Below, in pieces: positions 29,225 through 38,401 of a DNA stretch of 64,000 nucleotides (positions are counted from its first letter, which is position 1; every line of letters starts with the position of its first letter). Under the pieces are notes generated by a model. The model was not told the origin of the DNA, searched no databases, and saw only the letters and a program-made list of their open reading frames with translations. Origin of the DNA: a virus (taxonomy: Duplodnaviria; Caudoviricetes); IMG/VR virus record IMGVR_UViG_3300021400_000057, positions 1 through 64,000 of that record; one strand, 5' to 3'. The translations under genes and the position numbers were made by a program.

Positions 29225-29544
29225 GTAGATTCAAAGAATGGGTTGTAGATTTCGGGGAATGGTCGAAAGACAATTATATGGTGTTGGTGTACGGAGCAGG
29301 AGTTGTCCTGCTCCCCTTTTTATTTGTCTTGGCTTTTTCTCTCATCTATGGCTATTGGAGCAATGGTCTTTACGGAACTCATTTTGAGTTGTCCGTTGGA
29401 TTCAGTGGTGTGACTGTCCTCGCTACGGCGGCGGCTACCATTTATGGTATCGCCAATCAAGCGGCAAAGCAGTACAGCATTGATAGTGAGTTGAATAGTG
29501 AGCATGGTAAAGCGCCAACTAGGGCGGGAAAGGTTAAAGGGTGA
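29221..29544 (+). CDS. Holin
   Basis: Two TM helices; directly upstream of the endolysin. Confidence 0.7.
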   Translation: MSRFKEWVVDFGEWSKDNYMVLVYGAGVVLLPFLFVLAFSLIYGYWSNGLYGTHFELSVGFSGVTVLATAAATIYGIANQAAKQYSIDSELNSEHGKAPTRAGKVKG

Positions 29545-29550
29545 TGTGTA

Positions 29551-30126
29551 ATGATGAAGGGTATTGATGTCAGCGAAAACAATGGTGTTGTCGATTGGGA
29601 GAAGGTTGCGGCGGCAGGGTATAAGTTTGCTATTGTCCGTTGTTCCTATGGACAGCATGAGTGGGACGAGATGTTTGCGGCGAATGTGCAGGGTGCAAAG
29701 GAGGCTGGACTTCTTGTTGGAGCTTATCACTATGGTTATGGGCTTTCCGTAGAGGACGCAAAGCGCGAAGCTGAGAACTGTATGTCTGCCCTTGATTATG
29801 CAGGGGTAGAGCTTGACCTTCCGTTGTTCTATGATATGGAGGACGCAGACGGCTATAAGGCTGAACGTGGTTTTGCCTTTGACCCGCAGGAAATGACGGA
29901 AATGTGTAAGGCATTTATCGACGTTTTCAAGGGTGTTCTTGATGTCGGCGTGTATGCAAGCTACAGTTGGTTCGAGGATTACCTTGATTGGCGCGAACTG
30001 AACTGCCCCATTTGGAATGCTCAGTGGGATGAAACTGATGACCTGAAGGGGTATATGTGGCAGTACACGGATAGTGCTGTGATTGGTGGTAAATACTTTG
30101 ACGCTAACGTAATCTATGGGGAGTGA
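29551..30126 (+). CDS. Endolysin, GH25 muramidase (catalytic domain only)
   Basis: GIDVSENNG, GAYHY, DMED and WQYT motifs. Confidence 0.95.
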   Translation: MMKGIDVSENNGVVDWEKVAAAGYKFAIVRCSYGQHEWDEMFAANVQGAKEAGLLVGAYHYGYGLSVEDAKREAENCMSALDYAGVELDLPLFYDMEDADGYKAERGFAFDPQEMTEMCKAFIDVFKGVLDVGVYASYSWFEDYLDWRELNCPIWNAQWDETDDLKGYMWQYTDSAVIGGKYFDANVIYGE

Positions 30127-30662
30127 GTGACTTGTGGAAAAATGTATCTGTGAAAATCGTCTGCTTGTCGCTGTTATTGTTGTCATGCTTGGCATTGCCG
30201 TCGCGTGGTTTTTGTTCGCAGACCACAGACCAGACCGTGACAATATCGGTGCAGGATTTCAACAGGTTGATGACCAACTTGGCAGAGTCCGAGACGGCAT
30301 TGACAGAAGCGAAGCAACAGTTGAACGACTCGAACGAAGCATTGATGATAGCACAAGAACAGCTATCGCTGTCGGGGATGGAATCGACAGAGCTTATGAA
30401 TCAGCTAGTCGAATCGAGGATGCAAGTGAAGAAGCTACAAGAGCAGTTGGCACAGCAATCGAGGGAAACAATGTTGCTCAAACAGCAGTTGAACGAAGCC
30501 TCGACAGACTTAGAGAAAGCCAATCAATTCTTGCAAAATACCAAACAGGAAGTCGAAAAGACGATTAAGGAGCATGAAAAGGTTGAGCGAAGTTTGCGAA
30601 GGCAAGTGACTGGTTGGCAGATAGCTACGGCTGTCGGTACTATTATTGGTTGTCTTTTGTAA
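30123..30662 (+). CDS. Spanin-like protein A (signal or lipoprotein N-terminus, coiled coil, C-terminal hydrophobic tail)
   Basis: GTG overlaps the endolysin stop; KIVCLSLLLLSCLALPS leader; long heptad region; WQIATAVGTIIGCLL end. Confidence 0.7.
   Translation: MSDLWKNVSVKIVCLSLLLLSCLALPSRGFCSQTTDQTVTISVQDFNRLMTNLAESETALTEAKQQLNDSNEALMIAQEQLSLSGMESTELMNQLVESRMQVKKLQEQLAQQSRETMLLKQQLNEASTDLEKANQFLQNTKQEVEKTIKEHEKVERSLRRQVTGWQIATAVGTIIGCLL
30134..30568 (+). CDS. Spanin-like protein B (i-spanin-like) nested in +2 frame
   Basis: N-terminal TM helix LLVAVIVVMLGIAVAWFLFA plus coiled coil; lies fully inside 30123-30662. Confidence 0.65.
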   Translation: MEKCICENRLLVAVIVVMLGIAVAWFLFADHRPDRDNIGAGFQQVDDQLGRVRDGIDRSEATVERLERSIDDSTRTAIAVGDGIDRAYESASRIEDASEEATRAVGTAIEGNNVAQTAVERSLDRLRESQSILAKYQTGSRKDD

Positions 30663-30667
30663 TTTTT

Positions 30668-30711
30668 GGTGGGGGTACATGGATTATTCTGTGTACCCCC
30701 ATTATTTTTTT
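30668..30711 (+). terminator. Late operon terminator
   Basis: GGTGGGGGTACAT...GTGTACCCCCATT followed by a T tract. Confidence 0.85.
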
Positions 30712-30721
30712 CTCTAATTGC

Positions 30722-30750
30722 TTGACTCAAATTTGGGACTAGGTTACACT
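30722..30750 (+). promoter_or_regulatory. Sigma70-type early promoter with operator-like palindrome
   Basis: TTGACT-17 bp-TACACT; GACTC-N6-GGGAC at 30724-30739. Confidence 0.75.
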
Positions 30751-30797
30751 GGCACAGTAAGACGCATATTCAAATATGAGACGAAGGGGGTGACATT

Positions 30798-31040
30798 ATG
30801 AAGTACATTGGATTCAAGGTAGAGCCTATGCGTGGTGAATCTGTCATCGTCGTTAAGAAGTACAAGAACAGCGAGAAGGGCGTGCCGCTAAATCATACTT
30901 GGAAATTGCGCGACTACCTGTATCAAGGTTTTGATGTCAATGTGGATATCACATCGTTTCCTGCTACACATCAGGAATATGTGAATTACACCCGCAGACG
31001 ATTCACTCCGTATTCGAGAATCGTCAATGAGCTTCGTTAG
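30798..31040 (+). CDS. Hypothetical protein
   Basis: RBS AAGGGGGTG; first gene after the promoter. Confidence 0.75.
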   Translation: MKYIGFKVEPMRGESVIVVKKYKNSEKGVPLNHTWKLRDYLYQGFDVNVDITSFPATHQEYVNYTRRRFTPYSRIVNELR

Positions 31041-31192
31041 ATAAAAAAGTGAGCATTTCACAGGGGCGCTATGGGTTGTTCAAAGTAGGGGGAATGTAAA
31101 CCCTTGCATTATATATGAAAATCCTGCCATGCCCTGCGTATCGAAGCGACAGCAAAGATTATGTCAAAAACAATGCAAAAGGAGGACTCTTA

Positions 31193-31417
31193 ATGACAAG
31201 GTTGTGTATCGACATTGCTTTTAATGTAAAAGCAACAGAGGTTATTGACAATGGAGTTGAAGCGGGAGATTTTGAAATCCCTCCTGCCGCCGTTGAAGAA
31301 GCGAAGAAGTTGATACGGACTATGATTACTAACGATAATCCAGATGTTGATTGTGATGTTCAGTGTGTGGTTTATCGTTCCGAAGTTACTAAATTGAATA
31401 ACGCTGATAAGGCGTAA
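31193..31417 (+). CDS. Hypothetical protein
   Basis: AAGGAGG RBS before ATG 31193. Confidence 0.75.
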   Translation: MTRLCIDIAFNVKATEVIDNGVEAGDFEIPPAAVEEAKKLIRTMITNDNPDVDCDVQCVVYRSEVTKLNNADKA

Positions 31418-31437
31418 TTATTAAGGAGGTTTTATTT

Positions 31438-31854
31438 ATGTTGGAAGGTTTCAAGAAAGTTGCTCCGTCGCGTGGTGTGCCGACTGTGGCTATTGTCAAG
31501 GACGGACTGGTATTTAACAAGAACGTCGCCAAGTATTTCGGTGAGCGTAACCGTGTTCTGTTCCTTGTAAATAAAGACGAGAAGAAGATTGCCCTGCAAA
31601 AGATTGACGGCAGGGATGAGCAGTCTATCACATTCTTCCGCCGCATGAGTGGTGCGCGTTTCACCTATCGTGAGTTGATTCGACAGGTCTTGGCTCTTGG
31701 CGACTTTGACTTGGATAACTACTATTATAAGGTCAAAGGCACTGTTATCGAGGAAGAAAAGGCAATCATCTTTGACATCACGGAAGCCTTACAGAAGGAT
31801 AGGATTTTCCGTCACAAGGGGTACTATGAAGATGCAAGCGAAAGCGGCGAGTAA
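31438..31854 (+). CDS. Hypothetical protein
   Basis: 138 aa; AAGGAGG RBS. Confidence 0.8.
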   Translation: MLEGFKKVAPSRGVPTVAIVKDGLVFNKNVAKYFGERNRVLFLVNKDEKKIALQKIDGRDEQSITFFRRMSGARFTYRELIRQVLALGDFDLDNYYYKVKGTVIEEEKAIIFDITEALQKDRIFRHKGYYEDASESGE

Positions 31855-32101
31855 TGAATCGACAATGATTAGGCGCTTTGCTCTACACGTCCAGCAATTC
31901 ATTAAGGATATTGAGTGGAATGGCTACGATTGTGAGCTTGACTACGATTGGGACGAAGAACCAGAAGAAGAATATTACCCTGCCTGTCCGTCATGTGGTG
32001 GACAGACGTATCACCATGATGGGTGCAAGCTCGTAGCTTTAAGAGCAGAGGCGAACGCCGTATTGAAAAAGATGACGAAAAAGAAAGGAGCAAGGAAATG
32101 A
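31826..32101 (+). CDS. Hypothetical CxxC protein
   Basis: Probable start ATG 31826 with RBS; CPSCGG..H...C motif. Confidence 0.6.
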   Translation: MKMQAKAASNESTMIRRFALHVQQFIKDIEWNGYDCELDYDWDEEPEEEYYPACPSCGGQTYHHDGCKLVALRAEANAVLKKMTKKKGARK

Positions 32102-32205
32102 ATGTCGTATGCTGGCAATTTACAGTTGGCATGGTTATCGGACTCGCCATTGGCGGTCTGATAGCCACCTGTATTGAGCTTATGAGGTTCAAAGATAATA
32201 AGTAG
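32098..32205 (+). CDS. Small membrane protein
   Basis: 35 aa with one TM helix; ATGA coupling. Confidence 0.6.
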   Translation: MNVVCWQFTVGMVIGLAIGGLIATCIELMRFKDNK

Positions 32206-32216
32206 GGGTGATTGTA

Positions 32217-32342
32217 ATGGATGGTGTTGGAGTTGGGCTGGTAATCTCTATGGTGATATTTGCCGCCGTCATTTGTCTCGCCGCTAAATTTGCCGATGTT
32301 TTCTATATGAATAACGGTGATAACGATGATATATTGCGGTGA
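32217..32342 (+). CDS. Small membrane protein (not in ORF track)
   Basis: MDGVGVGLVISMVIFAAVICLAAKF..., 41 aa; RBS AGGGGTG. Confidence 0.6.
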   Translation: MDGVGVGLVISMVIFAAVICLAAKFADVFYMNNGDNDDILR

Positions 32343-32553
32343 CATAGAGATACAGTCTTGCCCCGTCTGCGGCAATGAAATGGAGCTTGTCGAGGAACAG
32401 GGGCTTCACGGTATCAGGTGTAATCATTGCGATTATGAATACGGTTATTTCAAAAATAAAGGCTACATGATAGGAGCGTGGAACGCATTGGCTACGGTGT
32501 TCCCAAGAAGTGTCCACATGATAGCGAATAGTAATATGAAAGGAGCGTTTTGA
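32317..32553 (+). CDS. Lar-like (restriction alleviation) zinc-finger protein
   Basis: SCPVCG...IRCNHC...AWN motif. Confidence 0.65.
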   Translation: MITMIYCGDIEIQSCPVCGNEMELVEEQGLHGIRCNHCDYEYGYFKNKGYMIGAWNALATVFPRSVHMIANSNMKGAF

Positions 32554-32556
32554 GAT

Positions 32557-32967
32557 GTGAATACGAACAAGAAAGTTTTTGACGAGGGTATTCAATTCTT
32601 ATATAAGAACCTGTGTAATCATATTGTCATCCAAGCAGTCCACGACTACGTTGTGTGTGCTGTGTGTGTTTGGAAGATAAGGATAGGTGGTCAGAAATGC
32701 AAGGAGTCTGTAAGGTATTATCTTGGGGAAATGGACAGGATAAAGAAGTTTATTTTCTCTGATTGGTTCGATGTAATATGCGACGCTGACCCTGACGTTG
32801 TGTGGAAAAACACAATGATTCGCGCCGCGAAAGCCGTACAAAACCTAGAGAAACAAAAGAAAAGAAAGGAGATTCAATATGGAAGCGAAGAAGCTCGACA
32901 AGAAGAACGAGAAGATGCTGGCAAATCTGACAACGCTCATAGGGTTGGAAGCTGTGGCCTTGCATGA
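32557..32967 (+). CDS. Hypothetical protein
   Basis: 136 aa; RBS AGGAG. Confidence 0.65.
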   Translation: MNTNKKVFDEGIQFLYKNLCNHIVIQAVHDYVVCAVCVWKIRIGGQKCKESVRYYLGEMDRIKKFIFSDWFDVICDADPDVVWKNTMIRAAKAVQNLEKQKKRKEIQYGSEEARQEEREDAGKSDNAHRVGSCGLA

Positions 32968-33121
32968 TTGCGTGAAACGAGGGGCAGAGTTCTCTTACAG
33001 TGGATATACTTGCGATGGTGACAAGGCGGCTACTGTCGAGAGTATTCATCGTCAAGTAGTAACTCTCCGTGCGAGGCTTTTGGAGCTTGACAAGAAAGTT
33101 AGGAGTGTCAGCGGATGGTAA
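32879..33121 (+). CDS. Hypothetical protein
   Basis: RBS AAGGAG; overlaps the dnaE start. Confidence 0.65.
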   Translation: MEAKKLDKKNEKMLANLTTLIGLEAVALHDCVKRGAEFSYSGYTCDGDKAATVESIHRQVVTLRARLLELDKKVRSVSGW

Positions 33122-36100
33122 ATCTGCACACACATTCAGAGCATAGCACTGGCTTTGACGGTTACCAAACGATTCCAGAAATGGTAGGCCGTGCGAAAGA
33201 GCTTGGCTATCCCGCATTAGCATTGACTGACCACGGGACAATGGGTGGTATTTTGGATTTCTCTGCGGAGTGCGAGAAGCAAGGTGTCAAGCCTATCTAT
33301 GGCATGGAAGCGTATTTCTGCGCTAACCATACTGTCAAGGACAAAACCTTGACACACCACCTTGTCCTACTGGCAATGAATGAACAGGGCTATTACAATC
33401 TCAAAAAGATGGATTCCATTAGCTATACTGAGGATTACTATTACTATAAGGGTCGGATTGATAGAGGTTTGTTATCTCAATATCACGAAGGTCTTATCTG
33501 TCTGTCGGCGTGCATGGCTTCCATTGTAAATACGGCAGATGGTGAAAGCTGGTTTAGTTGGTTCAAGGATTTGTTTGGTGATAGATTCTATGCCGAGATT
33601 CAGCCATTGAACCTCATGGAACAGCAGGAGTACAATGCCAAAGTTATCGCTTTAGCAAAGCAGTATGACGTTCCACTTGTCGTTACTACTGATGCTCACT
33701 TCGCAAGGAAAGAGGATTTGCCTTACCACAAGCTATGGGTGAGCCTTCGTGGTGGCAATGGTTACCATGATGACGAGAACTATTTATGGAGTGAAGATGA
33801 AATCAGGGATACGTTGTGGATTCCAGATGATGTCAAGGATGAGTGTATTGCCAATACTCATGCCATTGCTGAACGATGCAATGTGTCGCTGAAAATGGAA
33901 GGTAATCATTATCCGAAGTTTGAGACTGACGATGATGAAAAGCAGATTCGCGACATTTGCCGCAAGGCATGGAAAGCTAAAGTTCCGAAGGGAAAGTACA
34001 AGGAATACGGCGAACGCTTTGAAGCTGAAATCAAGACCCTAAAGCAAGTAGGCTATCTCAACTATCTTTTGATTACTTGGGATATGCTGAATTGGTGTCA
34101 CGACAATGACATTATGACTGGTTGGGGGCGTGGCTCTGTTGGTGGTAGCCTTGTAGCGTATCTTATGGGACTCCACAAGATTGACCCAATCAAGTTTGGC
34201 ACGAAGTTCTTTAGGTTTGTCAATCCTTATCGGGTAAGTCCACCTGATATTGATGACGACGTATCAACGCGACATCGCGGTAAAGTAATTGATTACCTCA
34301 AAGAGAAGTATGGCAACGTGTCCAAGATTTTCACGCTGAACAGATTGGGCGACCCGGACAAGGGCGGTATAGGAAAGTCTGCGATACAGCGTGCAGGACA
34401 GGCTTTGCAGATTGAACCGTCTGTCATTGATGAGATTACAAAGCAAGTGTACGCTTCTATTGACGATGTGCTGGCTATTGATAGCGTATTGTCAACAGAG
34501 GAACGTGAGCGCCTTGCTGATGTAGCTAAACACTTCTATGGACGGCTTGAAAAGCGCGGTATTCATGCAAGTGCAATCCTTATCACGCCGGACGAAATCG
34601 AGAACTACTGCCCATTGGAAGGGTGTTATTCCACCGATACTTCTACTGGTAAGCGCGTTTGGATTCGTGCCGCCGCCTATGACTGGCACAAGCTGGAAAG
34701 CGAGTTTGGGCTTTTGAAAGAGGATATTCTTGGGCTGAATACCCTTGACCTTATCAGTGATACGATTGAGGGCGTAAAAAAATCCACAGGCGAAACTGTG
34801 GACATTGAGAATATTCCTCTTGATGATGCCGAAGTTTATAAGCTGTACTCCGAAGGACACCTTGACGGCGTGTTCCAAATGGAATCTAGGGGTATGCGCG
34901 GGACAGCGAAGGAACTTGGTGTGACTTGCTTTGATGATGTGGCGGCTCTCGTTGCGCTTTTTAGACCCGGCCCGATAGACAGCGGTATGCTTCAACAGTA
35001 TATCGACGGTAAGCATGGTGCTGAAATCCAGTATCCTTGTGAAGTCATGCAGAAGGTTACGGAAAAGACATACGGTGTTATTGTTTACCAAGAGGAAGCT
35101 ATGCTGATTGCAATGCAGATGGCAGGGTATAATCTTGGCGAGGCAGACGCTCTCCGTAAAGTCATTGGACGTAAGGAATTGACTAAAGTTGATGCCGCAG
35201 TCAAGGACTTTATTGCCGCCGCAGTAAAAAGAGGGCATACCAGAGAGGCGGCAGAAGCCGTTGGTGAGCAGTTGAAGGCGGCAGGACGCTATATTTTTAA
35301 TCTCGCCCACAGCGTCGAATACGGTTTAACCTCTTACGTTACCGCTTGGTTAAAGGTTCATTACCCCGTACATTTCATGTGCGCTCTGATGAACTCAAAG
35401 GACAAGCAAGCCGATATACTTCCATACCTTGACGAGTGTAAACGTCTTGGGATAGAGATATTGCCCCCCGATGCAAAGCGTGGTAATACGCTCTGGGAAG
35501 TCGAGGACGGCGACAAAATCCGTGTAGGGTTGACTTATATCAGCGGCATAGGAAACAACCTAAAAACCGCCTTTACGGACGTTTGGGAAGATATTGTGGC
35601 TACCAATAACAAAAAGGTAACCATGAACCTCATCAAAGCAGGGGCATTGGACTATCTTGGCAAGTCCCGTGGGTGGATGTTAGCCAATCTTGAAAGCACG
35701 CAGGGCTATTTGCGTCGTCGTGAACAGTGTTTGCAGAAGGTTCGAGAGAATCAAGAAGGACTGGACAACGCTACTGACGATAAAGCACGCAAGAAATATC
35801 AGCGTCAGCTTGATAGTTGGCAAGTAAAGCTCGATGAAGTCCAGTTGCTTGAAAGTGCCGAGGAAGGTTATGACGAAATTGCTGGTGAAATCGAAGTGTT
35901 ATCGTTTTCCTTTAAGTCCATGCCGAAAATCCTGACAGGCATAGCGAAGTCTGTCAACGAATTTCAAGACAAGAAGGGTAATACTATGGCTAGGATTACC
36001 TTTTCAACGCCCTACGGCAATAAGGACGGTCTTGTTTTTGCGTCGGCATGGAAGAAGGAGAAGTACCGCCACAGGGATAGAGGTATGGTACGTGGCATTA

Positions 36101-36177
36101 CGATTGAACAGGGCAAGCAGTATGAGTTTATGATAGAGAAAGGGGTGATTGTCGATGCCAGAGAACGAGACGGATAA
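33115..36177 (+). CDS. dnaE: DNA polymerase III alpha subunit (family C)
   Basis: PHP domain (LHTHSEHS, ALTDHG), GWGRGSVGGSL, SPPDIDDD, IHASAIL, GVFQMES, FRPGP and FNLAHS motifs. Confidence 0.97.
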   Translation: MVNLHTHSEHSTGFDGYQTIPEMVGRAKELGYPALALTDHGTMGGILDFSAECEKQGVKPIYGMEAYFCANHTVKDKTLTHHLVLLAMNEQGYYNLKKMDSISYTEDYYYYKGRIDRGLLSQYHEGLICLSACMASIVNTADGESWFSWFKDLFGDRFYAEIQPLNLMEQQEYNAKVIALAKQYDVPLVVTTDAHFARKEDLPYHKLWVSLRGGNGYHDDENYLWSEDEIRDTLWIPDDVKDECIANTHAIAERCNVSLKMEGNHYPKFETDDDEKQIRDICRKAWKAKVPKGKYKEYGERFEAEIKTLKQVGYLNYLLITWDMLNWCHDNDIMTGWGRGSVGGSLVAYLMGLHKIDPIKFGTKFFRFVNPYRVSPPDIDDDVSTRHRGKVIDYLKEKYGNVSKIFTLNRLGDPDKGGIGKSAIQRAGQALQIEPSVIDEITKQVYASIDDVLAIDSVLSTEERERLADVAKHFYGRLEKRGIHASAILITPDEIENYCPLEGCYSTDTSTGKRVWIRAAAYDWHKLESEFGLLKEDILGLNTLDLISDTIEGVKKSTGETVDIENIPLDDAEVYKLYSEGHLDGVFQMESRGMRGTAKELGVTCFDDVAALVALFRPGPIDSGMLQQYIDGKHGAEIQYPCEVMQKVTEKTYGVIVYQEEAMLIAMQMAGYNLGEADALRKVIGRKELTKVDAAVKDFIAAAVKRGHTREAAEAVGEQLKAAGRYIFNLAHSVEYGLTSYVTAWLKVHYPVHFMCALMNSKDKQADILPYLDECKRLGIEILPPDAKRGNTLWEVEDGDKIRVGLTYISGIGNNLKTAFTDVWEDIVATNNKKVTMNLIKAGALDYLGKSRGWMLANLESTQGYLRRREQCLQKVRENQEGLDNATDDKARKKYQRQLDSWQVKLDEVQLLESAEEGYDEIAGEIEVLSFSFKSMPKILTGIAKSVNEFQDKKGNTMARITFSTPYGNKDGLVFASAWKKEKYRHRDRGMVRGITIEQGKQYEFMIEKGVIVDARERDG

Positions 36178-36364
36178 GGTCATGTTGACTGAAAAGGAAT
36201 GTGCGAAGCGTCTTGGGCTATCATTTTGGACATTAAGACAGATGAGGATATACGGCAACGCCCCTCATATTCGTCTTGGACAGCGCATTTACTATGTGTA
36301 TGATTCCGTGGTTGCTTGGCTGTCTCAACAGGCAGTAAGCGGAAAGTGGATACGAACTTCATAA
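36149..36364 (+). CDS. xis: Excisionase-like HTH protein
   Basis: MLTEKECAKRLGLS..TL.......P.IRLG.RIYY HTH_17 pattern; adjacent to attP. Confidence 0.75.
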   Translation: MSMPENETDKVMLTEKECAKRLGLSFWTLRQMRIYGNAPHIRLGQRIYYVYDSVVAWLSQQAVSGKWIRTS

Positions 36365-36391
36365 GAGCCTCATAAGAGCTTCATAAGAGCT
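36359..36391 (+). repeat. Three tandem 11-bp repeats TCATAAGAGC(C/T), candidate arm-type sites
   Basis: Copies at 36359, 36370 and 36381; a fourth ATAAGAGCTT at 36626 on the other side of the att core. Confidence 0.8.
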
Positions 36392-36455
36392 TTTGGGGCG
36401 TTTAGGCAACAAAAATGGCTTCGAGGAATTACCCCCGAAGCCTTGATTTTACTGA

Positions 36456-36500
36456 TGGTGACCTGGGAGGGACTCGAACCCCCGACCCTTTGGTTCGTAG
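36456..36500 (-). other. attP core identical in form to the 3' half of tRNA-Arg(ACG)
   Basis: Reverse complement CTACGAACCAAAGGGTCGGGGGTTCGAGTCCCTCCCAGGTCACCA gives anticodon loop, T-arm and CCA; no 5' half present. Confidence 0.9.
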
Positions 36501-36637
36501 GAATGACAAGCGTGTTTGTTACGACTATATGATTGTTACGAACCGTTGGTTTGACTGCGTTTTGAAGCCCTTATCCTTTACGAACATTTGTGAGGATTGG
36601 TTACATTTGTAAGAGATTGAATCTAATAAGAGCTTAT

Positions 36638-37795
36638 TCATTTTTTAATGAGCATATCTTGAAGTACGTCGGCGGTCTTGTGTTCGCTTGATTGTAGTAG
36701 GTGACTGTATATAGCTTGGGTTGTCATTGTGTTGGCGTGACCTAGCTTTCCTGCAATGGTTTGTAGGTCTATTCCTGCGGCAAGTAGATACGAGGCTACC
36801 ATGTGTCTAAAGGTATGCGGGGTAATCCGTCTGAATCCATGCTTCTTTGTGAACCTGTCAAGCCAAGCATTGAATTGGTCTGCGTGACCAAGCCGCCCGT
36901 CGAAAGAACCAAACACATAATCGTCCTTGATATTCTCCGCGCCTTTCCATTCGTGACGGGTTCGGAGAATTTTTTTACGTTCCTGTGTTTCCTTTTGATA
37001 TGTGGCAAGGAGCTTACATACACTGTCAGGGATAGAGATTGTACGACCAGCGCCGCCCTTTGTGCGCGGTACGATATGATTACCTATCCCGACATTGTAT
37101 TGGCACTCTTGCTCGACGGTAATGGTCTTTGCTTTAAGGTCAACGTGCTTCCATTGAAGTCCAAAGATTTCTCCGCGCCTCATGCCTGTGAAAATCGTAA
37201 GGTTAATTAAGGCTTGGTGCTTGGTATCTTCTTGACTCAATGCCTCGATGATAGCTTGGCACTCTGACGTGTCTAGGATTTCCATAGGTGCTTTGGTTTT
37301 CTTTGGCTTGTCAATGTGGGCGGCAGGGTTGTCATTGATAAACTGCCATTGTACTGCCTTTTCAAGCATGGCATGAAGGAAAGCATAGTGCTTCTGAATC
37401 GTATTTTGCGATAGCTTTTCTTCATTAGTATTTGATAGGTGTTCAATAAATTCCATTACATGAAATGGGCGTAGTCGTTGAAGCGCGTACTGTCCCAAGT
37501 ATTTATCTATGCGGCGAAATAAGTAGTTATCATATTGAATTGTATTTATTGTAACGTGTTTCTTTGCGTAATGCGTAATGTAGTAATCAAAGAATTGTCG
37601 TAGCGTGAGTTGTCCTTCGGTTGCGGTGGTATCTCCATGTACTTCCATCGCAAATTGCTCCCATGCCCTTTGTGCGGCACGCTGACTGGTAACATTAACT
37701 GTCCGTCCTACGTTCAGTTGTTTCCCTGTGCTGTCATATCCAAGCGATACTGTCAGCCGATATGTGCCGTCTTTTTGCTTCTTTATTTTTCGCAT
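36638..37795 (-). CDS. int: Tyrosine integrase
   Basis: N-terminal arm-binding domain, SAM-like domain, TGMRRGE, HTFRH and LGH..Y catalytic motifs; probable start ATG 37795. Confidence 0.96.
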   Translation of the reverse strand: MRKIKKQKDGTYRLTVSLGYDSTGKQLNVGRTVNVTSQRAAQRAWEQFAMEVHGDTTATEGQLTLRQFFDYYITHYAKKHVTINTIQYDNYLFRRIDKYLGQYALQRLRPFHVMEFIEHLSNTNEEKLSQNTIQKHYAFLHAMLEKAVQWQFINDNPAAHIDKPKKTKAPMEILDTSECQAIIEALSQEDTKHQALINLTIFTGMRRGEIFGLQWKHVDLKAKTITVEQECQYNVGIGNHIVPRTKGGAGRTISIPDSVCKLLATYQKETQERKKILRTRHEWKGAENIKDDYVFGSFDGRLGHADQFNAWLDRFTKKHGFRRITPHTFRHMVASYLLAAGIDLQTIAGKLGHANTMTTQAIYSHLLQSSEHKTADVLQDMLIKK

Positions 37796-37908
37796 CGGAC
37801 AGACCCCCATTGATAGAAAAGAGGCTCTATGTATGAGCCTCTCCATAATCATTTTTGTGCGGCGTACTATATTCGGGTGGTTTTATCATCTTAACTTATT
37901 ACTTTATG

Positions 37909-38322
37909 TTATGTTTTTTCTTTCACTTGAAACCGAGTTTTTTGTTTTATACCCTTGCGTGTTAATTGAAGGTCATTACTTCTTTTCTTTGGTAGTCTCG
38001 CATCATTTGTTAGCCTTGTCACTCTACTTGTTGCTTGTATTCGCACTGGTAATTCCGACATAAGACGTTGAATTTCTAGCCTTGTTTCCACCACCTTCTT
38101 TGATTGTTCGTCAAGTTCTTCATTTTTGTCTGGTAGTTCGTGCATCATTAAGTAGTCAATAGTAACGTGATAGTAGTCTGCTAATCTCTCTACGGCGTAA
38201 TACGATGGTTCACCAATCTCTGTCTCAATTCTTTGTAGGCTTGAACGGGAGATTCCAGTATCGGCTTCAACATCTCGTAGTGTCCTGTTGAATGACTCTC
38301 GCAAAGCCTTCGCTCTATTCAT
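37909..38322 (-). CDS. XRE-family HTH repressor
   Basis: LRESFNRTLRDVEADTGISRSSLQRIE...LADYYHVTIDYL; divergent from the early promoter and next to int. Confidence 0.88.
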   Translation of the reverse strand: MNRAKALRESFNRTLRDVEADTGISRSSLQRIETEIGEPSYYAVERLADYYHVTIDYLMMHELPDKNEELDEQSKKVVETRLEIQRLMSELPVRIQATSRVTRLTNDARLPKKRSNDLQLTRKGIKQKTRFQVKEKT

Positions 38323-38401
38323 TTTGTTCTCTCCTTTCCCTTGATATTCGTGGGTTTCGCGACGATTGAAAAAATTTTTTGAAAAAAATACTTCAATTTG
38401 C

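Noticed and set aside
36359-36391. Possible CRISPR array
   Set aside because: These are 11-bp head-to-tail repeats without spacers; att-arm sites explain them better.
36456-36500. Second tRNA gene (Arg)
   Set aside because: Only the 3' half is present, so it is interpreted as the att core.
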